Source: Octopus sinensis
Lineage: Eukaryota
Assembly (NCBI RefSeq): GCF_006345805.1
Contig: NC_043019.1
Location: 1,612,001-1,676,000, forward strand
Direction: 5' to 3'
DNA length: 64,000 bases
Shown here: in pieces, positions 61,631 to 64,000 of the stretch
How the letters are laid out: each line of letters starts with the position of its first letter
How positions within the stretch are numbered: position 1 is the stretch's first letter
Made by a program: the position numbers and the translations under genes
The notes under the pieces: model-generated
Databases searched by the model: none
The model's input: the letters and a program-made list of their open reading frames with translations, nothing else
What the model was told of the DNA's origin: nothing

Positions 61631-62247
61631 ACGATTAGACGTAGACCATATGTAAAATTATTTACAGTTCGTATATCAATCAGTCTGTCAAAAGTACAAG
61701 GGACAATAGGAAAGAAACTAGTTATGATGGTTTTAATTTCATAACAAACAAGCCGAAAATCACAGATACGTGTCAAAACATCGGAATTATGCTACAAGTT
61801 CTAGCCCTAAAATTCTGATATCACTCACATGTCTCATTGTCTTAAAGTCATAAGCAATCCCAAATCATACTTGCCAGTTCAGTAAAAACAAGAATATGTG
61901 CCTGTAGTAAATACATTTAAAGATGCAATTAACACCAAAGCAAGAAAGTGAAGCTTCACACTTTGTAATAACGTTACGTTAGTCAATACACTGTTTGAAA
62001 ACCATCGGCAAAAGCAAAAACGCATTTAGAAAAGCTAGTCATAGATTTGTCAGCTTCGATTTCCACTAAGTATCAGGACTACATTTTATATCATTTTTAC
62101 ATATGTATGTGTATATATGAGTATGAATAAGATCGTTATTACTATAGGTTTCTGATTTATGTGTGTATGCATGCATAAATGTGTTTCTATGCATATATTC
62201 ATATACATGTGTGTGTGTGTATTTAAGTATATTTCAATGTGTGTGTA

Positions 62248-62452
62248 CTCTCTTTACTTGTTTCAGTCATTTGACTGTGGCCATGCTGGAGCACCACCTT
62301 TAGTCGAGCAAATCGACCCCAGGACTTATTCTTTGTAAGCCTAGTACTTATTCTAACGATCTCTTTTTGCCGAACCTCTGCGCTACGGGGACGTAAACAC
62401 ACCAACATCGGTTGTCATGCGATGTTGGGGGGGACAAAACCAGAGGCACAAA

Positions 62453-62499
<47 letters not shown>

Positions 62500-62663
62500 C
62501 GACGGGCTTCTTTCAGTTTCCGGCTACCAAATCCACTCACAAGGCTTTGGTCGGCCTGAGGCTATGGTAGAAGACACTTGCCCAAGGTGCCACGCAGCGG
62601 GACTGAACCTGGAACCATGTGGTTAGTAAGCAAACTACTTACCACACAGCCACTCCGACGCCT
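62248..62663 (-). mobile_element. SINE family C, full length
   Basis: Aligns end to end with 47061-47438. Confidence 0.9.
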
Positions 62664-62678
62664 ATGGATTTTTCAAAA

Positions 62679-63251
62679 ATTGGTTCTCAACCGGGGTCGA
62701 CATTGTTCTTGGAGTTCCATTTAAAATTGTGCTGTTAAAATTTATCTGCAATCATTGGCTAGACTTCTATAATAATCTACATATGTTAACACATATTTTA
62801 CACAAATCATAATAATATCTGTTTCTGTATTGCCCACAGGGAGGCGAAACATAGAGGATACAAACAAGGACAGACAAATGGCAGACGAAATACCTATTTC
62901 TTTACTAGCCACAAGGGGCTAAACACAGAGAGGACAAACAAGGACAGACAAACGGATTAAGTTGATCATATCGACACCAGTGCGTAACTGGTACTTACTT
63001 AATCGACCCTGAAAGGATTAAAGACAAAGTCGATCTCGATGGAATTTTATCTCAGAACGTAGTGGCACACGAAATACCGCTAAGAATTTCGCCCTGAGTG
63101 CTAATGATTCTGACAGCTAGCTGCCCTAATTCCTAATAGTATTTAATTATGGAAATATAATGGGACTTTTTTAAACCTTAAAATGGCTGTTGGGGACCAT
63201 CCGATTGAAATAAAGGGTTCAACAGAACAAAGAAATGGTTCAGAATCTCTG
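62679..63251. mobile_element. Possible hAT-type MITE interrupted by a family B SINE
   Basis: tggttctcaaccgggg left end and ggttcagaatctctg right end (imperfect inverted match). Confidence 0.4.
62822..63129 (-). mobile_element. SINE family B dimer, second unit internally deleted
   Basis: Junction gaaatacctatttc present; deletion between cagac repeats. Confidence 0.85.
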
Positions 63252-63706
63252 ATCTAAATCTTTAGAAAATTTTCTTGTTCCAAGCGCAATAAGATACTCC
63301 TTAAAGCAGTCATTTCTACAATTCGAGCTACTTTGCAAGTATGCACTTACACAGACATTGCCTTCCATCAGGTTTATGTTAATCTGTTTTTCGTTTTTTT
63401 TTCTTTATATCACAAATAATCTTTGACTTATGAAAATATATTTTTTTACATATCTCCGAATGTATGGGTATGTAATTGCATATGCATATGCGTATTCATA
63501 CGTGTATATATATATATGTATATGTATGTATATATCTGTATGTATGTATGTATATATATATATATATATCTCTCTATATATATATATATATATGTGTATA
63601 TATATGTATGTATATATACATATATGTATATATGTATATATATATATATATGTATATATATGTATATATATATATATACATATATGTATATATATGAATG
63701 TATATA

Positions 63707-63750
<44 letters not shown>

Positions 63751-64000
63751 GATACATGTACATATGTATTTTGTTTTATATATCTAATATACACACACAT
63801 ACACACCCTCACACGCACGCACACACTCACACATATAATGTCATACATTTTAATTAGTTCGCCACTGTCTCAGAAGCAACAAAGGCAATCCAACATATAT
63901 TATAAAAGTTTATTTGTCGTGCCTGACAATTCCATATCATTAAATATATATCCTCAATGAAGATACAAAAATAAAAGAAATCAATCAGAGAAGAATAATA

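Overview
AT-rich, microsatellite-dense eukaryotic DNA, most likely from an Octopus genome. The species call is my recognition of the tRNA-derived SINE families, not a database result. No intact host protein-coding gene is visible. Most ORF-track entries are read-throughs of (TA)n/(TG)n tracts or SINE antisense frames. The window holds four tRNA-headed SINE families (here called A-D) in about 30 copies, many with target-site duplications (TSDs) and several with swapped heads and tails. It also holds decayed RTE LINE, Tc1/mariner and Helitron/Helentron Rep coding relics, and about 12 foldback or inverted-repeat elements, many sitting in (TA)n tracts. The main finding is at 1987-4582: about 4.9 near-identical ~530-bp tandem units embedded in (TA)n. 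Each unit contains a type I hammerhead ribozyme with a palindromic loop III (complete in four units, one A short in the fifth). This is the architecture of a retrozyme or Penelope pseudo-LTR array and predicts a ~530-nt self-cleaved, possibly circular RNA. At least four more sequence-unrelated hammerhead folds (22250, 42180, 43972, 59251) occur in other TA-associated elements and share an unusual unpaired position at the base of stem II. All folds were done by eye; activity is untested.
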